The notes under the pieces were generated by a model. That model was not told the DNA's origin. It saw nothing but the letters and a program-made list of their open reading frames with translations, and did not search any database. This document shows positions 51,028-61,420 of a stretch of DNA of 64,000 nucleotides, one piece after another. Position 1 is the first letter of the stretch. Each line of letters opens with the position of its first letter. The translations under genes and the position numbers were made by a program. The stretch spans positions 704,001 through 768,000 of the forward strand of contig CAWCLO010000004.1 of NCBI GenBank assembly GCA_963796455.1, given 5' to 3'. The stretch is from Candidatus Sulfomarinibacteraceae bacterium. GTDB taxonomy: Bacteria > Acidobacteriota > Thermoanaerobaculia > Thermoanaerobaculales > Sulfomarinibacteraceae.

Positions 51028-51771
51028 ATGGCAAACCGCCAATCCCTCTCGGCCTCGCAGTGTGCGGATCTCATCCGCAACTCGAGTCGCGTCGCCGCCC
51101 TGACCGGAGCAGGCATCTCGACCACAGCTGGGATTCCGGATTTTCGCGGTCCTGAAGGGCTCTATGTCACTCGTCGCTATGACCCGGAGGCGGTCTTCGA
51201 TATCTGGTCGTTTCATCGCGACCCGGAACCGTTTTTTGATTTCACCCGCGATTTTCTTTCCACGATTCACTCCATCGAACCCACCCTGACGCACCGATTC
51301 CTGGCCGACCTCGAGCAGGACCGCAAGCTGACCGCTGTTGTCACCCAGAACATCGACTCTCTTCATCAAAAAGCCGGGTCGAGAAATGTCGTCTCCGTGC
51401 ACGGCGACTATTGGAAAAGCCACTGTCTGGTCTGCGCGGCAATCTACGACCTGGGGTATATGGAACAAGCAATCACCCAGGAGAAGGTGCCGCTTTGCAC
51501 TTGCGGCGGCGTCATCAAACCGGATGTCGTTTTTTTCGGTGAAACGGTCAAGAGCTTTGAGCGTGCCTCGAACATCGTCAAAGTCTGCGATCTGCTTTTT
51601 GTCCTCGGCTCGTCGCTCGCGGTCTACCCGGCCTCGATGCTGCCGGAGGCTGCCGGTGGCAAGGTTGTGGTCGTCAACAAGGGCGAGGTGAGCCTGGGTC
51701 CCGGGCCGACGCGATACTTCGTCGACGCGGATCTCGATTCCTTCTTTTCGTCGGTTGCCGACAAGATGTAA
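51028..51771 (+). CDS. cobB: NAD-dependent deacylase (sirtuin, Sir2/CobB family)
   Basis: TGAGIS..GIPDFRG, TQNIDSLH, HG, two zinc Cys pairs, KPDVVFFGE, GSSL.VYPA. Confidence 0.92.
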   Translation: MANRQSLSASQCADLIRNSSRVAALTGAGISTTAGIPDFRGPEGLYVTRRYDPEAVFDIWSFHRDPEPFFDFTRDFLSTIHSIEPTLTHRFLADLEQDRKLTAVVTQNIDSLHQKAGSRNVVSVHGDYWKSHCLVCAAIYDLGYMEQAITQEKVPLCTCGGVIKPDVVFFGETVKSFERASNIVKVCDLLFVLGSSLAVYPASMLPEAAGGKVVVVNKGEVSLGPGPTRYFVDADLDSFFSSVADKM

Positions 51772-51802
51772 CCCGGCAAATACATGATCCGGCCATCGGC
51801 TC

Positions 51803-51867
51803 GAGTTGGACAAGGTGGTCAGTAACTTGTCACCTTATGCAGCAACTCAACATCTGGAGTTGTCTGC
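51803..51867. promoter_or_regulatory. Candidate enhancer (activator-binding) palindromes
   Basis: GACAAG-N11-CTTGTC (51809-51831) and GCAGCAACTC..GAGTTGTCTGC (51839-51867), about 80-140 bp upstream of a sigma54-type promoter. Confidence 0.45.
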
Positions 51868-51946
51868 TATTGGGTGTAGATATCGTTTTCATGGACTAAA
51901 CCCCGTGTTGGCCGAGTTTATGCCGGAGAAGGAAATGCTGGTGTTA

Positions 51947-51962
51947 TGGCACGATCCGTGCG
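51947..51962 (+). promoter_or_regulatory. Sigma54 (-24/-12) promoter
   Basis: TGGCACGATCCGTGCG vs consensus TGGCACGRNNNTTGCW, exact GG-N10-GC spacing, in a lower-GC intergenic region. Confidence 0.72.
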
Positions 51963-51972
51963 TATATCCTTC

Positions 51973-52149
51973 TCGAGGAATGCGCTCGTTGGGGGTTTAT
52001 AGCGCCGACTCCACTGCTCGAGTCCCTGACGAACGAGACCCAGAGTTCGGTTTGATTGTGGCTGATAGGTAGGATCAAGTCGCGGGGACAAACCGAATTC
52101 CTCCTCCTGCGGACCCGGTCGGATCCCTCCATCCGGCCGGGCCTTTTTT
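51973..52149 (+). ncRNA. Candidate sigma54-dependent small RNA (about 175 nt, three stem-loops)
   Basis: Lies between the promoter and a terminator; stems pair well on the + strand with many G:U pairs; no credible ORF downstream of the promoter; 5' end estimated. Confidence 0.6.
52114..52149 (+). terminator. Intrinsic terminator of the candidate sRNA
   Basis: CCCGGTCGGAT-CCCTCC-ATCCGGCCGGG followed by CC and T6. Confidence 0.82.
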
Positions 52150-52221
52150 CGACCGGGACGCTTGATCTGGAATCTGCCGTGGACCACGAATACAGTTGAG
52201 GGACACCGGCGAGACCGGATT

Positions 52222-54075
52222 TCAGTCTTTTTGTGCGGCAAGAATGCCCAGGCGTTTCATTTTCATGGTCAAACCGTTGCGGGTGACCCCGAGGAGGCGG
52301 GCGGACTCGGAGTGATTGCCCCTCGAGACCTCGAGAGCCCGTTCGATGATTCGCTTCTCGACCGCGTCCATGTGGTGTTTGAGGTCGAGGTTTGCGGTGT
52401 CGCTTTCGAATTCATCGAGACTGACGTCGGAAAGGACCGAAGGTGAGATCATCGAGCTCTCGATGGCGCGGCCGGCTGGGCAAGCCGTTACGAGGCGGTT
52501 CAACTCGCGCTGCAGCTGCCGCACGTTTCCGGGCCAGCCGGCGGATTGCAGGGCCTCGAGCGCACCGATCGACAAACCGCGAACGCTGTTTCCGTTCTCG
52601 GCAACTGCGTGATCGAGAAAGTGCCGAGCGAGAACCGGAATGTCGTCGCGACGTCTGCGGAGAGGCGGCACGTGGACTTCGCAGCCCGCGATCCGATAAA
52701 AGAGGTCTTTGCGGAATTGGCCGTCGTGGACGCGCTGCTCGAGATCCGTGTTGGTTGCGGCCACAACCCGGACGTTGACCGCGATCGGGGAAGCCGCCCC
52801 GAGCGGCTGCACCTCGCCCTCCTGGAGGGCGCGGAGCAGCTTCGCCTGAAGGGCGGGGTCCATGTCGCCGATCTCGTCGAGAAAAAGAATGCCTCCATGG
52901 GCGAGGCGAAGCTTGCCCCTCCGGCGCGTCACCCCGGTGGCCACTCCGGCCTCGATCCCAAAGAGCTCAGCCTCGAGAAGGTCCGCCGGGATGGCGGTAC
53001 AGTTGACGGTCTGGAGGGGGCCGGCCGCACGATCCGAAGATGCGTGGAGGATCCGAACGATGTGTTCTTTGCCGACGCCGGTTTCGCCTGTGACCAGAAC
53101 CGGCATACTGCCTTTGAGCAGCGTCGCGAGCTGGCGGTAGAGCGAGCGCATCACCGGCGTTCGACCAACAACATGCCATTCCGGGAATTTGAGATCCTGA
53201 TCAAACGGCGGTTTTTCCGGCTGATCGATCTCGTGAACCGGAATGGTGGCCGACTGGAACATGCGAAGGGCCACTTCGAGGAAAGGCTGCCCTGTGGGCC
53301 CGATATCGTTGGCGACTACCACCAGGGCGGCCTCCCAACTCTCGGGCCCCCAGGCCACAGCGATTGATGTGGCGGGTTGGGTGGCGATCTCGTGAGACGA
53401 CATGCCGCTCGAATGATCCGGCGAAGAGCGGAGCGCCTCGAAAGACGCGGTTTCGTGCCACTGGTCGAGCAACGAGAGGTCACCGGTAGCGGCCTGGACC
53501 AGCGCACTTTTCTTGGGGCTTCGAGAAAGCAGCGCCACCGCTTCGGCCTCCAGGGCCTCGGCAAGGTGTTCCATCGCACCCTCCACATCCGGTGACCAGC
53601 GGCTGATGAGTCGGGAGGCGCACTCGTTCAAAACATCAGGCCACTTGATGGAGCTTCGCGGCGTGATGCCGATCTCCGTCGTGCAGTCCTCATCGGTCGG
53701 GCTGACGGCCGCGGGTTTGTCTTGCTCCGAGAGGGTGATGGCAAGTTCGTGTTCTTCAACCGACAGCGACTCGAATGTCAGGACGACCGGACCGAATTGA
53801 ACCCAGTCGTTTTCGGCGAGATCCGCCTTCCGTACCCTGACGCCGTTGACATAGGTGCCGTTGGTGCTTCCGAGGTCTTCAAGACGAACACCATCGGAAT
53901 TCACCTTCAATACCGCGTGTCGCCGGGAGACCTGCCGGGCAGGAATGTGGATCGTGTTTTTGGGGTCGGCGCCGACTGGATTTTCGCCGAGTTGCAGCAC
54001 GAAGAGCCTTGCTTCGCCCTGGAGGTCGCCATGGAGACGGAAAATGGTACCGACACCACCGGTGCTCGGAATCAT
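52222..54075 (-). CDS. FHA-domain sigma54-dependent transcriptional activator (bEBP)
   Basis: FHA VSRRH..DLGSTNGT; GETGVGKE, FLDEIG, RVVAATN, FRKDLFYR, WPGNVRQL, Fis-type HTH; L1 loop GVATGV; AGGAGG RBS before ATG 54075 (TTG 54111 is an alternative start). Confidence 0.92.
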   Translation of the reverse strand: MIPSTGGVGTIFRLHGDLQGEARLFVLQLGENPVGADPKNTIHIPARQVSRRHAVLKVNSDGVRLEDLGSTNGTYVNGVRVRKADLAENDWVQFGPVVLTFESLSVEEHELAITLSEQDKPAAVSPTDEDCTTEIGITPRSSIKWPDVLNECASRLISRWSPDVEGAMEHLAEALEAEAVALLSRSPKKSALVQAATGDLSLLDQWHETASFEALRSSPDHSSGMSSHEIATQPATSIAVAWGPESWEAALVVVANDIGPTGQPFLEVALRMFQSATIPVHEIDQPEKPPFDQDLKFPEWHVVGRTPVMRSLYRQLATLLKGSMPVLVTGETGVGKEHIVRILHASSDRAAGPLQTVNCTAIPADLLEAELFGIEAGVATGVTRRRGKLRLAHGGILFLDEIGDMDPALQAKLLRALQEGEVQPLGAASPIAVNVRVVAATNTDLEQRVHDGQFRKDLFYRIAGCEVHVPPLRRRRDDIPVLARHFLDHAVAENGNSVRGLSIGALEALQSAGWPGNVRQLQRELNRLVTACPAGRAIESSMISPSVLSDVSLDEFESDTANLDLKHHMDAVEKRIIERALEVSRGNHSESARLLGVTRNGLTMKMKRLGILAAQKD

Positions 54076-54107
54076 GGGATGCCCTCCTGCGACGATTCTA
54101 CAATGGC

Positions 54108-54413
54108 TCAACCCTTCGTGCGATCGAGAACCTCCTGGAGGAGGATCCCCGGTAGCAGATCTGGATCCAGGTGTTTGCTGAGATCAAGGGCGGCGGCCGC
54201 GGCTGACTCCGTTTTACCCGCGGCTTCCAGCGAAACAAACCGGACCGCCAAAGCGAGTTCCAGTATCTCGAGGTCAACGAAGTCCCATTTCGAACCCTGA
54301 TTCAGCCTCGAGATCAGTCGGTCGACTCGGTTCCAGTGGTGGCGTCCGTCGGTTCCATGCCCTCCCCGGAATCCGCCGCATGCATCGACGGATTCGCGAT
54401 GAGAGTACGCCAT
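54108..54413 (-). CDS. Small hypothetical protein
   Basis: GGAG RBS plus ATG, fills the gap directly upstream of the activator; C-terminal half looks helical; no recognisable family. Confidence 0.4.
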   Translation of the reverse strand: MAYSHRESVDACGGFRGGHGTDGRHHWNRVDRLISRLNQGSKWDFVDLEILELALAVRFVSLEAAGKTESAAAAALDLSKHLDPDLLPGILLQEVLDRTKG

Positions 54414-54480
54414 ATGCCGACTCCACCGGAAATTGTCCCGGATACCGGTTATATTCTGGGGTCGTGGAATTGGAGGGATC

Positions 54481-56832
54481 ATGAGACGAGCTGCGCCCTT
54501 GCTGGTGGGTGTGTTGTTGGTGTCTCTCGTTGCGACCGGTGCCGAGACGCACCGAACGAGCTCGCTGGCAAAGGCCGAAGGCGATGCCGGCATCTCGGGG
54601 AGGGTGACCGACACCTCGGACGGATCGGGCATCGAAGGCATTCAGGTTCACATCTACGAACTCGGCGCTCCCGGAATCGAAGTGGCGATTCTGTGGACCG
54701 ATGTCGACGGGTATTTTGCCAGCGAAGATCCTTTGAGTCCGGGTGTTCACTTTGCACGGACCGTCGACACCTTAGGATTTGTCGACGAAATATTTGACGG
54801 GTTGCCGTGCCCCTTTTCGTGCAACGTTGAAGATGGAACGCAGATTGTCGTCGCTGAAGGAGAGGTCTCGGTCGCCGACTTCGGACTCGATCCGGCCGCA
54901 TCGATTTCAGGAACGGTCGAAAGTTCGGTGGCGGAGCCCTCCGCCATCGCAGACGCAGAGATCATGTTCTTCGATCTCGGGGGTGCCTACCAGACATCGG
55001 CGTGGAGCGACGGAGGAGGCGCCTGGGACACTGGTGCAATATTCCCTGCCGGCACATTTTTCGCCCGGGTCTCACGGGCCGAAGGCCATCTCGGTGAGCT
55101 TTACGACGACTTCAACTGTCCATTCCACCCTGCATCGTGTGACCCGACGACCGGCACGCCGATCGAAGTGGCGTCCGGGGATATCTTAACTGGGCACGAC
55201 TTTGTCCTCGACCCTGGCGGAACGATTTCGGGTGAGGTCACCGACACCTTTCTCGAGTCCGGTGTCTCGGGAGCCGCCCTGGCTCTTTTTAACCTCGACG
55301 GGATCCAGGTGTCGACCGCTTTCTCGGAGGCCGGCGGGATCTACTCCAGTGATGACGGTTTGGTTCCTGGTACATATTTCGTGCTTCTGAATGATTCAGG
55401 CTTCTCGCCGCTGATCGAGGAGCTCTACGACGACCTCTGGTGCCCGGATGGATGTGATCCAACCGCTGGAACGCCTGTGCCGGTCACGGCGGCGGAAACC
55501 GTGGTCGACATCGATTTCAACCTCGAGCGTTTTGGCGCCGTTTCCGGCAGACTCGTCGCGCAGGACACCGGAGAGGGCATCCCGAACTCCTACGTGGAAA
55601 TCTATGACCTTGGCGGAGGATGGGTGGCGACCGCCACAGAGGAGTCAGGGTCGGGAATGTGGATCACCGAAGAGAGCATACTTCCTGGCCAGTATTACGC
55701 GAGGTCGGTGAATCCGGGCGGCTACATCGATCAGGTCTACGACGGCATCGACTGTTTCGCCTGTGACGTCACGACCGGGACTCCCTTCGGGGTCGATTCC
55801 GGGGCTGTAACGGGAGACATCGATTTTGTCCTCGAACGCGGCAGCTCGATCTCGGGTCTGGTGACCGACGCCAACGGCTTTGGCGCGATCCCGAATGTGG
55901 CAATCGGTATTTTCGACACCAGCGGCGTTTTGGTCACTGCAACCGGGAGCGATGGCTCCGGCCGATACCAGACGGAAGCAGCGCTTGCGGCCGGTACCTA
56001 CTTGATTCAGACATACAACGAACTCGGCTACATCGAAAAGGTCTGGAATGACGTGGTGTGCAACGGTTGTGACATCACCCAGGTCGGCACGCCGTTGGAA
56101 GTGCCGGCGGCCACCGATGTCACCGATATCGATTTTGTCCTTTTCAAGGGCGCATCGATCGCTGGGAGGGTAACGGTTGCCGGAACCGAATTCGGTGTCG
56201 ACAGTGTCCTCGTCGGCATTTTTGATGACAATGGCCAACCGGTGACCTCTGCCGTGGCGGACGGCATCGGGAACTACGTCACCGAAGCGGTGCTCGCCCC
56301 GGGGTTCTATCGAGCGATGACCGTCGACAGCCGCGACTTTCTACCCGAGCTCTACCAGGAGATTCCGTGCGCCTTCGGCTGCGAAATCATGGATGGCGAT
56401 GCCATCGATCTCGGCCCGGCACAGGCGCTCGTGGGTATCGATTTCACCCTCGAACTCGGAGGTTGGATTTCTGGGACGGTGGTCGATGCCGTGAACTCGA
56501 ACCCGATCGAAGGCATCGAGATCGGCATCTACGACAGCACCGGTGTGCTGGTGACTGGGGCGACAAGCGATTTCGATGGTAATTGGGAGTGCGACCCGGT
56601 GCTTCCGTCGGGCGATTATTATGTCGCTACCGTCAGCAGCTTGGTCTGGCTCGATCAACTCCATGACGGAGTCGCGTGCGAAGATGGATGCGATGTCACC
56701 AGTGGTTTGGCGGTGGCGGTGGCCGCTGAGACGGGTTCGGCGGGGATCGCGTTTGTTATGGAAATGGATCCCGTCGTCTTCACCGACGGTTTCGAGTCGG
56801 GAGATCTGAACGGCTGGTCCGGCGTCCAGTAG
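54481..56832 (+). CDS. Secreted acidic protein with seven carboxypeptidase-regulatory-like beta-sandwich repeats
   Basis: GGAGG RBS, signal peptide, seven roughly 105-aa repeats beginning (I/V)(S/A)GxV, each with a Cys pair; terminal FTDGFESGD. Confidence 0.82.
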   Translation: MRRAAPLLVGVLLVSLVATGAETHRTSSLAKAEGDAGISGRVTDTSDGSGIEGIQVHIYELGAPGIEVAILWTDVDGYFASEDPLSPGVHFARTVDTLGFVDEIFDGLPCPFSCNVEDGTQIVVAEGEVSVADFGLDPAASISGTVESSVAEPSAIADAEIMFFDLGGAYQTSAWSDGGGAWDTGAIFPAGTFFARVSRAEGHLGELYDDFNCPFHPASCDPTTGTPIEVASGDILTGHDFVLDPGGTISGEVTDTFLESGVSGAALALFNLDGIQVSTAFSEAGGIYSSDDGLVPGTYFVLLNDSGFSPLIEELYDDLWCPDGCDPTAGTPVPVTAAETVVDIDFNLERFGAVSGRLVAQDTGEGIPNSYVEIYDLGGGWVATATEESGSGMWITEESILPGQYYARSVNPGGYIDQVYDGIDCFACDVTTGTPFGVDSGAVTGDIDFVLERGSSISGLVTDANGFGAIPNVAIGIFDTSGVLVTATGSDGSGRYQTEAALAAGTYLIQTYNELGYIEKVWNDVVCNGCDITQVGTPLEVPAATDVTDIDFVLFKGASIAGRVTVAGTEFGVDSVLVGIFDDNGQPVTSAVADGIGNYVTEAVLAPGFYRAMTVDSRDFLPELYQEIPCAFGCEIMDGDAIDLGPAQALVGIDFTLELGGWISGTVVDAVNSNPIEGIEIGIYDSTGVLVTGATSDFDGNWECDPVLPSGDYYVATVSSLVWLDQLHDGVACEDGCDVTSGLAVAVAAETGSAGIAFVMEMDPVVFTDGFESGDLNGWSGVQ

Positions 56833-56849
56833 GATTCGCGGCGACGGAG

Positions 56850-59513
<2,664 letters not shown>

Positions 59514-59516
59514 GGC

Positions 59517-60458
59517 TCAAGCTCCATTCCGAACCGAAATGATCTGGGCGGCGAGGCTGACTGCGATTTCTTCGGGAGTGTGGCTGCCGATCGAGAGACC
59601 GAGGGGAGCATGGACGCGGTCGAGATCGGAGGCATCGACGCCATCGGCCTTCATCGCTGCAAACATCTGCGCGACCTTGGCTTTGCTGCCGAGGAGGCCG
59701 ATATAGGCCAGTTCTTTGTCCAGGAGGCCCTCCAGAACCTTGCGGTCGTGGATGTGCCCAAAGGTCATGATCGCCGCCCAGGATCGGTCGCCGCCGGCAA
59801 CATGTTCTGCGATCGCGTCGTAGTCGACGATTTTCTTTTCGTGGGCGAAGTTGTTGGCCGCGAGGGTCGGGAGATTTTCGCGGTTGTCGAGTACGACGAT
59901 TCGGTAGGGGAGAGTGGCCATGAGCCTGGAGACAGCGAGTGAGACGTGGCCTCCACCGACGATATAGAGGGTGTCGAGGAGTCCGATGGGACCGGAATAG
60001 GACCACGAGTCGCCACCGTCTGAAAATGTGTCGGGCTGGGCTTCCCCCGGCTCGAATGCGAGCCCCTGTGGGGAAAGACGGATGGTACCGGTGCGATGTT
60101 TTGCGAGGGTTTTGACGATGGATCCCAGAGCATCTGCGTCTGTGCTCGACAACTCCGTGACTGCAAAGACCTGCAGCCCGGAGCACAGGGTCCCACCCTC
60201 TCCCGGAGTGTGGCGGAACGGAATGATCACCGGCCCGCCGGAGTGTGCCTGCGCTGTTTCGACGAGTTGTTGCTCTGCCGCTCCGCCTCCGATCGTGCCC
60301 GCCAGACCTTGATCCGAGATAACGGCCCGGGTCCCGGTGACGCCTGGGACCGAGCCCGAGTGGTCGACTACGAAGACCAGCTTCGTAGGATGTCCGGCTT
60401 GAAGGGAGTCGAGCGCGTGTTGCCAGGGTTTGATGGCGTTTTCGGTGCTGTGGTCCAT
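59517..60458 (-). CDS. xdhC: XdhC/CoxI-family Moco insertion factor
   Basis: GSVPG, GTIGGG, CSG, GGGHV, MTFGH, YIGLLGSK, PLGL.IGSHTPEEIAVS. Confidence 0.92.
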   Translation of the reverse strand: MDHSTENAIKPWQHALDSLQAGHPTKLVFVVDHSGSVPGVTGTRAVISDQGLAGTIGGGAAEQQLVETAQAHSGGPVIIPFRHTPGEGGTLCSGLQVFAVTELSSTDADALGSIVKTLAKHRTGTIRLSPQGLAFEPGEAQPDTFSDGGDSWSYSGPIGLLDTLYIVGGGHVSLAVSRLMATLPYRIVVLDNRENLPTLAANNFAHEKKIVDYDAIAEHVAGGDRSWAAIMTFGHIHDRKVLEGLLDKELAYIGLLGSKAKVAQMFAAMKADGVDASDLDRVHAPLGLSIGSHTPEEIAVSLAAQIISVRNGA

Positions 60459-60499
60459 TGAGGGATTGTAGCCGAGCGGTGAGATTCAGGCGCAATAGT

Positions 60500-61420
60500 C
60501 CGGAAAACCACAGCGGCACGGAGACACGGGGCTTGCCCACATGTCCGATGCGGACGATCCGTGTTCCGGAGAAACCGCAGATCACGCAGATGGACGCAGA
60601 TCCATCGCAAAAGGTGTCGTCGCAAACACGAAGACATAAAGACACGAAGGAGTCACACTAAGAAAACCACAGAGGCACGGAGACACAGAGAGGGAACACA
60701 GAGGGCTGGCGCAAAGGCCCACAGAACACACAGAAAAACACAGAAGCCATCGCAAAGGGACGACCGGAGTGCAGCCGGGACGGCTGCACCACCATGGTGG
60801 TGCACGCGTCTCGCGTGCACATGGTTGAACCGCAGACGCGGTTGGCGAGCTTGTACGGGGTGCCATCAGTGTCGGCAGATCGACAGACGATCTCCGATCG
60901 CCCGACGCCGGTGGGAAGCGGGGTGACTCCGACCGCCAGCGCTCGGAGTCACCCCGCTTCCCACCGGCCGGCACGCCTCCGGCATGCCGGTTCTGCCTTG
61001 CATCGGCGACATCCTCCCTTGATTGAAGGAAAGGGGAGGAAGGAGGCGAGGCCTGCGCGGTCGCGCAGGGCCGCTGGGTCAGGAAACCACGACGAAAGCT
61101 GGTTTTCGGAGCGGTTTCCTTACCCAGCGGTATCTGGCCGCCGGATGGCGGCCAGGACCTCGCCGGGCTGAAAGATCCTACGGGAAGTCCTCTGCGTCTT
61201 TGCGCCTTTGCGTCTCTGCGTTAAAAACTCGGGAGGCGGACGTGGTTTGTTTGCAGCGGTAGCTGATGCCCCGAAATCAGGCTGTCATCTGCGTCCATCT
61301 GCGTTATCTGCGGGCAAATTGCGCTGCTTTGTGATGTCTTCGTGCCTTGGTGTCTTGGTGGTTGCGACGGGAACCGCTCGGGTCTCTGGGTCGGCTCTGG
61401 GCCTCTGTGGTTCTGCGTTG
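60500..61420. repeat. Intergenic mosaic of short repeats with inverted arms and a perfect 26-bp hairpin
   Basis: 60575-60601 and 61287-61313 are inverted repeats (26/27 match); the 60907-60932/60943-60968 stem is perfect. Confidence 0.85.

Noticed and set aside
51028..51771. Sirtuin as an anti-phage SIR2 NADase
   Set aside because: Classical zinc-binding CobB-type deacylase of normal length with no defence partners
51806..52072. 88-aa + strand ORF and overlapping - strand ORFs in the cobB-activator gap
   Set aside because: TTG start without RBS, spans the sigma54 promoter, no recognisable protein features; RNA structure explains the region better, though a small peptide cannot be excluded
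54481..56832. CxxC motifs of the repeat protein as heme-binding sites
   Set aside because: None is followed by His, and Cys spacing varies
60750..61190. Purine or Moco riboswitch upstream of xdhC
   Set aside because: I could not match a known aptamer consensus, and xdhC appears to have its own leaderless promoter; an Rfam scan would settle it
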